A DNA stretch of 64,000 nt, from NCBI GenBank assembly GCA_046563655.1, contig CM102289.1, positions 9,424,001 through 9,488,000 on the forward strand. Direction: 5' to 3'. Each line of letters begins with the position of its first letter. The stretch's first letter is position 1. The stretch comes from Yuukianura sp. NJ FZ-2021 (Eukaryota). Both the position numbers and the translations under genes were made by a program. Positions 11,801 to 21,780 of this stretch are shown in pieces. Under the pieces are notes generated by a model. It worked only from the letters and a program-made list of their open reading frames with translations, did not search any database and had not been told where the DNA came from.

Positions 11801-14800
11801 GTTGGGTTTGAAAAATAATCGATCCGTATGATTTTACTACCGGTGAAAATTGTAGTAAAAAAGGAGGAGTAGTTTGCTTTTGAGAGCAATTAGCGAAATT
11901 AATTCTGTTCAACTTTTGGCGGAAAGAAAATTTTTGTAAAGAAAAGGCGGGAAATTTAAATGTGTATTTTATGGTTACGCTTTTTATGTTAATTAATTTC
12001 TTAATTAACTTTTTCTTTTGTTACAGAACATTATGACATTCAATAAATGTACAATAGCCGGAAAATCCTACGGGGAAGTCATAGATCCTAAAACGGGCGA
12101 CGTCATAGAAAATATTGAGGTAAGAACATGAATTTTTTTTTTTAAACTGAAAAATTTTAAATACCTTTAGGCAAGATTTCTAATTTTTATAGAAAAAAAA
12201 AAAGTACAGCGTTATTCATGTTTTGAAGTACCGGTTGGTTTTGCCGCTTAGATAAGACATAACCAAGAAAGTTAAAAAAAAGGTTCAGTTTAAAAGTTCA
12301 GTTTTTTCCCGACCGTCTCGGTATTTCAAAGCGTGCGGCACACACTGTACTTTTGAATTTTTTTGAAAATTTGTTTCTTGTTTTCACTTTTCTTTCACGC
12401 AGAACTTTGTAATAAGTGCAGAGGCAATTTATTATGTAAACGTCGGCAGCATCTATTGTAAACAGTGGATACTTGGGCAGCATCGGATGCTGCCAGGTTT
12501 GTTTGTGTTTCCTGTCGGTACTAACTGTATGTTTATGACAAGGATGTTGGCAGTAACCCTTAAGCTTTTGGGAAATGGTGTGCTGATGCTTGCCACAAAG
12601 TAGGTCTGTTTAGATTCACAAATTAGTCACAACATATATTATTAGCAGGGATGTCAAAAATATTTAGTCCCCATTCCGGTAATGTTAATTAAAAAATATT
12701 TACTAAATTTTTATTTATTTGCCCATGCCCTTAATGTTAAAGAAGTAAGTGATGAGGTAATTCTTTTTAAAATGAAAATATTTTTTTATAAATATTTCGG
12801 GCGTTTAAGTACATATTTTCGGCATCCCTGATTATTAGTAATGCAGTGCATGTAGTAAGTTATGGTGCTGTTTTCAAATGTTTTGGTGTGCTATCTCAAG
12901 TAACCTCTGACGTTTAGAACAGAGCAGAAAAGAGTGATGAGGTCACGGGTTCGAGGGAAGCTTGGATTTTTTTTATTCGCCGGAAAATCCGAAGTGAGGT
13001 GTTAAATAACTTATTAGTTTTTGGCAGGATTCGAGTTGCTCAATGGTTATCCGAGAATGCTAAAAGTTTTCTCAAGTTTATAAAAAATTCAGTCCCTCTG
13101 TGATTTTTTGGTTAACTTTTTGTGAAAGGTTGGCTAGAGATGGAGAAAGTTTTGGTCGGAAAGTGAAAGCACCTTGAAAGGGTTTTTGAAAAACGCAAAA
13201 AAAATGTTGTGGAAAATTTTGAAAAATTGATATTTGTGGCTGAATTTGTCCCCATGTTGTTTCTAGTTGTTTTTTTTGTCTGCGAAGCACCTTCACGCCT
13301 ATGTTCTGGTGTTTATTGTTACTAATTTAACGTTAGGCCGTGAGGTCACGTTTGTACACCATAATTTTTAGTAAAAACTAAAATTATGTTTAGTAAAACC
13401 AAAATTTAAAAGTTCACTTCCTTCCACTTGATCCACTTTTGGCTTCTTTTTGTTCATGACACGCCTGTTTTTCTTGCCGTTTCCTGTTTTTTCAAGTGTA
13501 AACTTTTTAGAGTCAGCACAATTTGATGAAATTTTTCTTTTCTTTTGATTTGATTTGTGTTGATTTTTCTCAACTGAAGATGAGTTCTTCCGTAGCTGAA
13601 GATGCAGAAGATTTGAAAGTTGGCGCCAAGAAAAAGCGGGTAGAAAAAGTAGAAGCTGAACCGGAAGTGGAATCTCTGGCGCTACTTGAGCAGAATGCTT
13701 CTGCTTTCCCGCTCCAGGAAATCAACAAAGTGCATGTAATCATTTCCCAATTTTTTTAACCCCTGCAGTTCCTTTCTAAAAATTACAAAGCATTTTGGAT
13801 CCGTTTGAGTGGCTTTTCATGTTTTTTGGGTTTTGGAAACTGAAATTTTGGAAAAAGTTAGAAAATGGGTTGTTCAATACAAGTTTTGCACTACTGTGTT
13901 TGTTGTTTGCATAGTTCACTAGTTGTGTGTAGTTAGTACTTGTCAATGTCAAGCTTGTGATTTGCCAAAATTTTGAAAACAAAAAAAATTACAAATGATG
14001 TGTGGGTTTTGGCGAAAAATGTGAAATTTTTCAATTGTGAAATTAAGAACGACTTTGTTCTAGTTTGCTTTTGTGTTTTTTTCGTTTACCGTCGAAAAAG
14101 TGAGTGTCAAGGTCAAAATCAAATTTGACTTTTCGGCTGAAGTTCAAAAAGGCATGTTAAGCGGTGATTATGTTAATTGGATTAAAGTTTAAAAATGTAA
14201 ATTTTGAAAACGTGAACATGTAAATTTTGAAAATGTGAAAATGTGTGTTGATGTTTCCCATTTTGGATCCACTTTTATACGTTTGGGCTAAGTGTTGAAT
14301 ACTGCCAAGGTCATGTGTGGCCTTTGGCATATTCTGTTCCAGAGGACATTAAACTTCGTCTGTGGAAAGCTTTTTTGGATTTTGGTAGATTTATGAACTG
14401 GAACTAATTTAATTTTCTTTTTAATTTGTAGACTGTGCCTCCAGTGGACTTTTCTCGGAATCCATACTTTGAGCCTAAGTTTCGTTTTTATGATCGGTCG
14501 CTGTACGATGCTGTGCTCAATGGAGACAGGGAGGTTCACATGTTCTTCCGCCACTTGGCTCTGTGCCACACTGTCATGGCAGATGAACGTCTGGGTGAGA
14601 CTAAAACCTAACAAAAGTACCGTAAAACTCCCAATATACGCCCAGGTTCAACTTATTCTCCCACCTCTACACCCGGTTGGTATTTGAGACCAACGGTTTA
14701 GTAGAACTTTTACGGTATTTTCCGTAAAAACGCCTACAAATTAAGCTACGGCGCTTCCAAGCGTAACCTTCGGACCTCTGTTCTCAAACGGCGGTTTTTA

Positions 14801-17800
14801 GCTTTACGAGGGAACTGTGCCAACGACTGAGCATTTCAAATTTTGTGTTTTTAAAAAAAAATGAGTGCAAAAATTTTAAACCAAAAACGCCTGAAATGGC
14901 AAAATGTTCCAAGCTTTTTAGAATTGTCAACAAGTAAAACGCAAAAACAGAATTTTTTTTTTAAACTTTAATCATTCTTTTCCCAAGTCAGTGTAAAGTC
15001 ATTTTTGAAAATTTGAAAAAAAATTCAATTTTGTACGAAAAGTCAACTTCGGAAATGACAATCTAAAAATACAAAACTTAACAACATAACTTGAAAGTAC
15101 CAATTTCAGAACTTGCAAGGTCAAAGTGCTGAAAATGAATTAAACTTTTCGCAATTCGGAAGAAGCGCTTTGGTCATAAAGATAAAATCAGAAGTAAAGC
15201 CATGTACGAAGCGTCGCTTAGAAGTGGCTTACAGGCTCATCCACAGTGCTTTTATGATCATTTCGTTTTTAGAACTTATTTGAACAGCATTTTGGAGTTC
15301 CAGCGTCATAAACTTTGTATTTGGTTTTATTTGCAGGGAAATTGGAGTACCAGGCTCAGTCTCCTGATGAAAACGCTTTGGTCTCAGCGGCTCGTAACTT
15401 TGAGTTTGTATTTAAAGAGAGGACACCGGACAGTATTACGATCACGGCTCTTGGTCACGAAGAAGTTTACGACTTATTGTGCATTCTGGATTTTAACAAT
15501 GTACGCAAGCGCATGTCGGTTGTGCTCCAAAGTCGTGCTGATGACAGGATCTACCTGCTCTGCAAAGGCGCTGACTCTATTGTTTACGAGCGCCTGGAGG
15601 TGGGGTCAGTGGAAATGAAATCAAGGACGCAGGAGCATCTCAATGTAAGTTTTATGAAATTTTGACACGTTCCATGCCCACGACGTTTGGATTAGGGATA
15701 CCATCGTTCGTTTTGTTTCCGGTTTTTGGTAAAAACGGAAACGAAACGGAACGGTAGGCGGCAAAACGGAACAAAAAAAAAGGTTTAAAAACAGCAAAAC
15801 CGTTGACTGCATAACGAAATTTCAAAAATTAGATTTCATGTTCTGCCTTTCAAAAATCCACTTCTTGTCGTTATCCAAAGGTGGTCAAAATTATTACGTG
15901 AATGGACAATAATTTTAACGTTTAATTTTTCATTTCCCAAAAATTTAGTACGGGGTAGTGCAAAAATGGAAATTTTTCCTGGTTTTTCTGCTTTCCGTTT
16001 TTTGATTTTCGTTTTCGTTTCGTTTTTGGTGAAAACGGAAATGAAACGAAAGGTACCGTTTCAAAAAAAAATGAAAAAGCGGAAAATCCGCTTCGCTTCC
16101 CGTTTTACACGGAAACGGCTGCAACCCTACTTTGGATAACGCTGGATAGCTTAATCTAGGAAACTGTTGTGTATGCAATCTGGTTCCGAAAGGAGCCTCA
16201 GGGACACCGCGGCGGTTTTAATTGAATTTTGGTTCCTTTGATGCAATGGAGTTTAGTTAACTTGATTTTTGACGTTTTTGCACAGAAATTTGCTGGAGAA
16301 GGTTTGCGAACTTTGGTTTTGGCTGTGAAAGAACTGACGCCAGACTACTTTGAAGACTGGAAGAAGCGCCACCATGATGCTGCCACGTCATTGGTCAATC
16401 GAGAAGACAAGTTGGATGCAATTTATGAAGAAATTGAAAGAGATATGAAGTTGGTCGGAGCGACTGCGATTGAAGACAAGTTGCAGGATGGTGTCAGTGC
16501 GTGTATTGCCAATTTGATTCAAGCGGATATCAAAGTCTGGGTACTCACCGGCGATAAACAAGGTAAAAAATATAAATAATATAAAAAATATAAATAAATA
16601 TAATATATATTATTAAGCGTAACGCGCAATTTTTTTAATTTCAGAAACCGCCATCAACATAGGTTATTCGTGCCAGCTTCTTACTGATGAGATGAACGAT
16701 CTTTTCATCGTTGACTCGGCCTGTTTCGAGGAAGTACGATTTTAAAATTTGAAAATTCCAAAATTCAAAGTCGGTTTTTGTTAAAACTTGTAATTTTTTA
16801 CTGGTTTTAGGTAAAATCCCAACTTTTGAAGTACATGGACGCTCTACAACGAGGATCTCTGGCAACATCAGACACTTCACGCTTGGGTGACGTTAGCTTA
16901 GTAACATTTTCAGAATCTGATTTTGGCCCGGAGTTTCATCCGGGTGACGGAGACAGTGCGCATGACCATGAAGGGAATGGAGGATATGCTCTCGTCGTCA
17001 ACGGCCACTCATTGGTCCATGCTCTCAATCCACAACTAGAACAACTTTTCTTGGAACTAGCATGTCAATGTAACCAAAAATTAACTAAAGTTAACTAATT
17101 GCACTGAAAATGTTACTAACTTAATTGAGATTTTGTTATTTCAGGTAAGGCGGTGATTTGCTGTCGAGTGACGCCGTTGCAAAAGGCTTTAGTTGTTGAG
17201 TTAGTTAAGAAATTCAAGAAAGCTGTGACATTGGCCATTGGAGATGGAGCCAACGACGTGTCCATGATCAAATGTAAGAAAAATTTTGAAAATGGAGTAA
17301 GTTTTTCAGGTTTTCTGAAACTCAGATTTTGATTTTGTATGTAGCTGCGCACATTGGAGTTGGAATTAGCGGTGAGTTGTGAACAAAGTGAAAACGATTT
17401 CATCAAATTGTTAATTTTTCTGAAAATTTTCTTGAAAAATCTTAAAATTTTGATATTTTTAGGACAAGAGGGTTTGCAGGCCGTTCTTGCGTCTGATTAT
17501 TCCATAGCACAATTCCGGTTTCTGGAGCGACTCCTCCTGGTACATGGTCGTTGGTCGTACTACAGAATGGCCAAGTTTCTACGCTATTTTTTCTACAAAA
17601 ATTTTGCATTTACGTTAACGCATTTCTGGTACGCTTTTTTCTGCGGGTTTAGTGCACAGGTAACTTAAATTTAACAAAAATTTGAAAAATGTTTTCTAAA
17701 AGTTGCTGTTGTAACTACATTTTTTGTTCTTTTTTAAACAGACAGTGTTCGACCCGTTTTTTATCTCAGTTTACAACTTGTTTTATACTGCACTGCCCGT

Positions 17801-19192
17801 CCTGTCCATCGGCATCTTTGATCAAGATGTGAATGACGACAATAGTTTACGCTACCCCAAGTTATACAAACCCGGTCACATGAACTTACTCTTCAATAAG
17901 AAGGAGTTTTTTAAATCTGCCCTCCATGGATTCGTAACCTCTTGCGTCCTCTTCATCGTCCCGTATGGTAAGTCAAACAAAAGTTAAGCTATGTTAAAGT
18001 TATATTAAAGTTATGTTAAAGTTCAGGTTTTTACGTTTACATTAAAGTTGATATGTTTTGGTTGATTCTAAAGGTGCTTACAACCACGCCATGTCAGCTG
18101 ATGGCCAAGGTCTTGCTGACCAAATGCTGTTTGGCAGCGTCGTGTCAACTATCCTAGTCGTCGTTGTCACTGCGCAGGTACGTTTGCAATAAACTTATGT
18201 TTTTGATTAGTTGATTCAACTTGTTGTTTTTTTGTACTTTAGGTTGCATTGGACACGGCGTACTGGACTTTTTTCAATCATATCACGATATGGGGCTCAG
18301 TATTATTTTTCTTCATACTCCACTACCTCTACAATTTTACTATCGGAGGAAGATACTTGGGATCTCTTACAAAGGTTAGCTTAGTTTCCGACCATCTATC
18401 ACTTTCCGACCACCTACTACTTTCCGACCACCTACTACTTTCCGACCACCTACCAGTTTTTGGCGAACCACTTACTACATCCCCGCCCGACCACCTATCA
18501 CTTTTTGTTTCAACTAGCAAGCCATAAATGGTAAATACGTGTCGGATGGAGGTGCAAGTGTCTAAAAAGTTCTAATTTGGATTTCAGGCTTTACAAGAAG
18601 CGAGTTTTTGGTTTACTCTCGTCCTCACCGTTATGCTACTCATCATTCCAGTCTTGGCATGGAGATTCTACTTTAACGACGTCCATCCAACATTGTCTGA
18701 TCGAGTCAGATTGAAACAAAGAGTTTCATCTGCAAAGTACGACTGCTTAGAACTTGTGCAATTATTATGTTGCTAGGTTACAACCATTGATAACATAACT
18801 AACCTGGAATGTCATCTTTTTAGGACAAGACAAGCCTTGGACAAGGCCTTTCGAACGCCCTCGGCCAGAAGGAGCCGAAGATCACTTCGGTCCAGTTATG
18901 CCTTTGCTCATCAAGAAGGCTTTGGTCCACTCATTACCTCTGGAAAGATTATGCGCAAGGTAAGTCAATTACTTCACAAACATTAATTACTTTGAATTAC
19001 TTGAATCACTTTCAGTTTGTATTTCAGACCAAAAGTAACAACAATCACACGGCTGGTTCCACTGTTGCAAGTCTCGTTTCAAGCGTGGCGAACTTTGGGG
19101 CTGGGTCAGGCGGAATGGGCTTGTCTCGAAGTCCACGCATTACCATGGTCAGTCCTCAAGAGGGCAAAGGTTCCGTGTCAGTACGGCTATGA
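2857..19192 (+). CDS. ATP8B: P4-type ATPase phospholipid flippase, ATP8B class (multi-exon; about 1226 aa with the short first exon, about 1552 aa with the long one)
   Basis: Phase-consistent GT-AG exons: first exon 2857-2899 or 5006-6026, then 7423-7481, 8149-8262, 8354-8452, 8577-8663, 9271-9389, 9673-9828, 10123-10297, 10519-10730, 11317-11479, 12027-12119, 14432-14594, 15337-15644, 16286-16562, 16645-16733, 16811-17069, 17145-17273, 17345-17371, 17463-17659, 17742-17967, 18074-18177, 18243-18374, 18588-18736, 18824-18959, 19028-19192 (TGA). Motifs: [36 protein letters not shown] (phospho-Asp), KGADS, VLTGDKQETA, GDGANDV, C-terminal [19 protein letters not shown] and LVLQLIP fit ATP8B rather than ATP8A. 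The first exon is uncertain; the body is secure. Confidence 0.95.
4606..4830. repeat. About 55-bp tandem repeat x4 with a GATCACT..AGTGATC hairpin
   Basis: Units begin TGCCGAT at 4606, 4659, 4716 and 4771. Confidence 0.85.
5006..6026 (+). CDS. Long alternative first coding exon of the ATP8B gene (about 340 aa, Ser-rich, low complexity, Cys clusters)
   Basis: 361-codon open frame, more GC-rich than its flanks, first ATG at 5006. It ends CAAG|GTTAG in phase 1, matching the phase-1 acceptor at 7423 (G+AA = Glu, then IERRIRAND). Confidence 0.6.
6048..6280. repeat. 15-bp minisatellite (ctttgccttttctga)n, degenerate at the edges
   Basis: Directly visible. It produces the spurious KSEKA-repeat ORFs. 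Confidence 0.9.
6847..7132. mobile_element. Foldback/MITE-like inverted-repeat element (about 286 bp)
   Basis: GGTACCA...TGGTACC ends. Arms of about 43 bp at 6892-6934 and 7046-7088 are imperfect reverse complements (GGTATCAAAATTTG..GATTTCAACGGC). No clear TSD. Confidence 0.65.
8719..8756. repeat. (GAT)n(CAT)n microsatellite forming a perfect 38-bp palindrome
   Basis: (GAT)7 immediately followed by (CAT)6. Confidence 0.9.
11022..11211. mobile_element. Tc1/mariner-pogo-type MITE (190 bp)
   Basis: TIR CAGTAGATCCTCTCTTACGGCAACT matches the reverse complement of the right end with 2 mismatches. TA flanks both ends. Internal direct repeat GATACCGTAAATTC. Confidence 0.88.
12646..12830. mobile_element. 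Non-autonomous hAT-type element (185 bp)
   Basis: TIRs CAGGGATGTCAAAAATAT / CAGGGATGCCGAAAATAT match 16/18. Perfect 8-bp TSD ATTATTAG at 12638-12645 and 12831-12838. Confidence 0.9.
13580..13729 (+). CDS. Probable cassette exon of ATP8B in the N-domain ([20 protein letters not shown]...LALLEQ...INK)
   Basis: A T-rich tract and AG precede a 150-nt (or 156-nt) stop-free, charged, coding-like segment. It is phase 0/0 and lies between exons 12027-12119 and 14432-14594, which meet in phase 0. The donor is weak (GTGCAT or GTAATC). Confidence 0.5.
14620..14715. mobile_element. Very short Tc1/mariner-type MITE remnant (96 bp)
   Basis: TA|CCGTAAAA ... TTTTACGG|TA, with the TIR matching 13/17. Confidence 0.55.
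15693..16129. mobile_element. Non-autonomous hAT-type element (437 bp)
   Basis: TAGGG...CCCTA termini with imperfect TIRs. 8-bp TSD GTTTGGAT / CTTTGGAT (7/8). Subterminal arrays of AAACG/CGTTT motifs at both ends. Confidence 0.8.
18385..18500. repeat. 18-bp intronic minisatellite tttccgaccacctactac
   Basis: About 4 tandem copies plus one degenerate copy. Confidence 0.85.
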
Positions 19193-19386
19193 CAATGAGA
19201 AAGTACTGGCAGTACATATACTGACAGTGGAAATACTGGCGAAGTACTGGCAGAGGATTAAATTGAAGTTAACAGGGTAGGCACTGTTGCAGAAACTGTC
19301 ACAAGTAGGATTCGAAATGAACAGAGTTTCAGCCATGGTGAACTTTTAAGCACAGAGTTCGTGAGATTTCTGATTAACTCTACCGT

Positions 19387-19453
19387 AAAAACGTTTTTAA
19401 GTATAAAAAAAACGTAAAAACGTTTTTAAGTATAAAGAAAACGTAAAAACGTT
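19387..19453. repeat. 29-bp tandem duplication in the ATP8B 3' UTR
   Basis: aaaaacgtttttaagtataaa(a/g)aaaacgt, about 2.3 copies. Confidence 0.75.
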
Positions 19454-19975
19454 AAGTTGTTTTCAAGTTTTTCTGCTGCGATGCGAAACTGAAACTGCGA
19501 ATGGTCTCAAAATAGAATTTAAATAAAGTAGGATAAAACCAGTGCTAAAAAGTTAACAATGCTAAACGTATCTAACCAACAGGAAACTAATATGCGCTTG
19601 CGCAGTTCCCGTCCAGAGTTCGGCAATCCACATCAACCCAACCTGTTAGATGAGAAGGTGCTTAGTGTTATATATTTTGCCGATTGTCGAAACTAAAAGT
19701 TACAGCCTATATTTAATTGTAAGTTAATTAAGTTAATGTTTTTAGGTGCTAGCACTCCTAAAAGTGAAACGTTATGTGCTAATTACCAAAATCTCATTCC
19801 TCCTCCGGTTTAAATCAAAAATGAAGATAGTCTATATAAATATTTATTTTAATCCTTTATATATCAACAAATAAAACCAAATTAATTCATTCTAAGAGCT
19901 ACAAGTAAAGCTGAACTTTGATTAGTTAACACTGGAAGTGTTAAGCATTGTAAATTGAACTTTGGAGGTCAAAGT

Positions 19976-21292
19976 TCAATCAAATGGATTGCTCTCCAAG
20001 CCATCGATATCCGAGTACTCAATTAACTTACGTCCTCTTGGAACTGAAGCAGCGGTAGCAGTTGATCCAGTAGCCATTCCAGTATGGATGGCAGTAGTTT
20101 GTGCTGCTCCAGCAGTAATTGGGTAAGAATGGTCGTCATCTTCAGCATCTTCGACCTCGGAGTCCTTAGTCGGAAATTCAACTCCTGCTAACAAAGAAGT
20201 TAGTTTTTGAAGATTTTGAAGCAAGTTCGACTTTATCGCACCTTGTTTGTTGTTTTGTTGAGCATCTTCACGCAATTTGGCAGCCATTGATTCCAACATC
20301 TTCCGTTTCTGGAATGTCTTGTTCGTAAGCTTTTCTTCAATAGCCTGCTGTTTATCGTAAGAAAACACGGCATCCCGATCCTCTTGACTCAATTTCTCGT
20401 CGGTTCGTGCCAAATGTAAGAAAACTCCTCCAGCTGTACGACGGCGAGATTGGTTCTGCAAGATTTTTTGAAAATAATGGTCCGATTTTGAATCAATGGA
20501 AAACAGATAGAAACAGAAAGTGTTGACCTTTGTCAAGAGACCGCCAGCGCGCTCAGTATCCAATGTTTCCTTGAAGAGGCGGATAAACTCCTCCCGACCG
20601 AAAGCGTTAAACGCTCGAACTGTACAAAAAATCAATCAAGCAAAATGTAACACCAGTTGTCCAAGATTTATGTAATAATCCAGCGACTGACTTACCGAAG
20701 AGGTACCACTTTTCCCTCTTTTCTTTCAAAATCCTTGCGCAGAAGTTGGGCAAGATCTTGTCGTCCATCGCAGCAATTCGTTCCTCCAAAAGTTTTTGTC
20801 CAGTCAGCTCGTCCTGCTCAAATGATAAAAATAATAACATTTACTTTCCACTTTCGTTAGAATTACTCCAAATTGCGAAATTTAGATCTTTTAGTGTACC
20901 GTTCCAGTTTCATCAGCAGGATACATCGGCTTATGACGTTTTGCAGACTCGGATGTACCGGTACCATCACTAGTTCCAGGGCCAGACGTTTGGTTGTCCG
21001 TGTCCATTTCGCTTTCCTTCATGAAGTCGTCTGGAAGTTTACGTTTCCGTTTATTCCCTACGACGTAAGTTTCCGGTCCACGCGTAATAACGAACTTGTC
21101 GATGAGTGTCACAGCGTCCATTTGTACTTCAGTCTCCTTGAGATTTTCAGCCTCAGCCAGTTTTTGCCATACCAGGTTTTTCCTTCCAGCCTGGTAAAAC
21201 TTCGCAGCCTGTTGAAAAGCACTGTTGTCAGTGCTAGACCCAGCAGCACCGGGATCTGCTGTTGGTTTATCTTCAGCCTCCATGCTGCTCAT
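19976..21292 (-). CDS. PHAX: Phosphorylated adaptor for RNA export (PHAX), about 360 aa, 4 exons
   Basis: Exons 21292-20900, 20813-20696, 20619-20528 and 20455-19976 total 1083 nt in frame. The spliced product gives the PHAX RNA-binding-domain signature LFKETLDTERAGGLLTK|NQSRRRTAGGVFLHL, plus N-terminal RKNLVWQ, RGPETY and KRKRK segments resembling PHAX. Confidence 0.9.
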
Positions 21293-21780
21293 TATGTAAT
21301 CGCAATCAATTGTTTCAAAACAATTGGTATGTATTATGGACAGTGTAAGTGTAATTGATTGATCAGTGCTTAACGATAAATCGACGACTCAAAGACGACA
21401 AACTGATGATTAGCTCTTCCTGTACGAATGAGTGGAATGCAAAAATGCGAATGAGAAAAAGAAAATTCCTGGTTGTAGTAAAACTCTCACACGCACTTTT
21501 ATACCATTGGATTCAGACATGTGCACCCGAAATTAGTTTTTAATTATTCAAACCAAAGCTAATTCACGAAAAGTTATGAATTTCTTAATGAAACTAATAG
21601 AAAATGAAATATTCTACTAGTTAATCAAGCATGTAGTTAAATTTTGTAATTGTTGTGTGACTAATTTTACCGGTCAATTGGATAGGAATGATGGGAAAAT
21701 AAGGCACGGGTATCATTTGAACAGGTTGAGGCAATCGGTATGGTAATTTAACGTAAGGACGTGGACGTAAAATTTTAAAT

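Noticed and set aside
12930..13040. GGTTCGA B-box-like motif suggesting a tRNA or SINE
   Set aside because: No cloverleaf, acceptor stem or convincing A-box.
19190..19198. TGA-C leaky stop context at the end of ATP8B
   Set aside because: The next in-frame TGA is two codons later, so any extension would be trivial.
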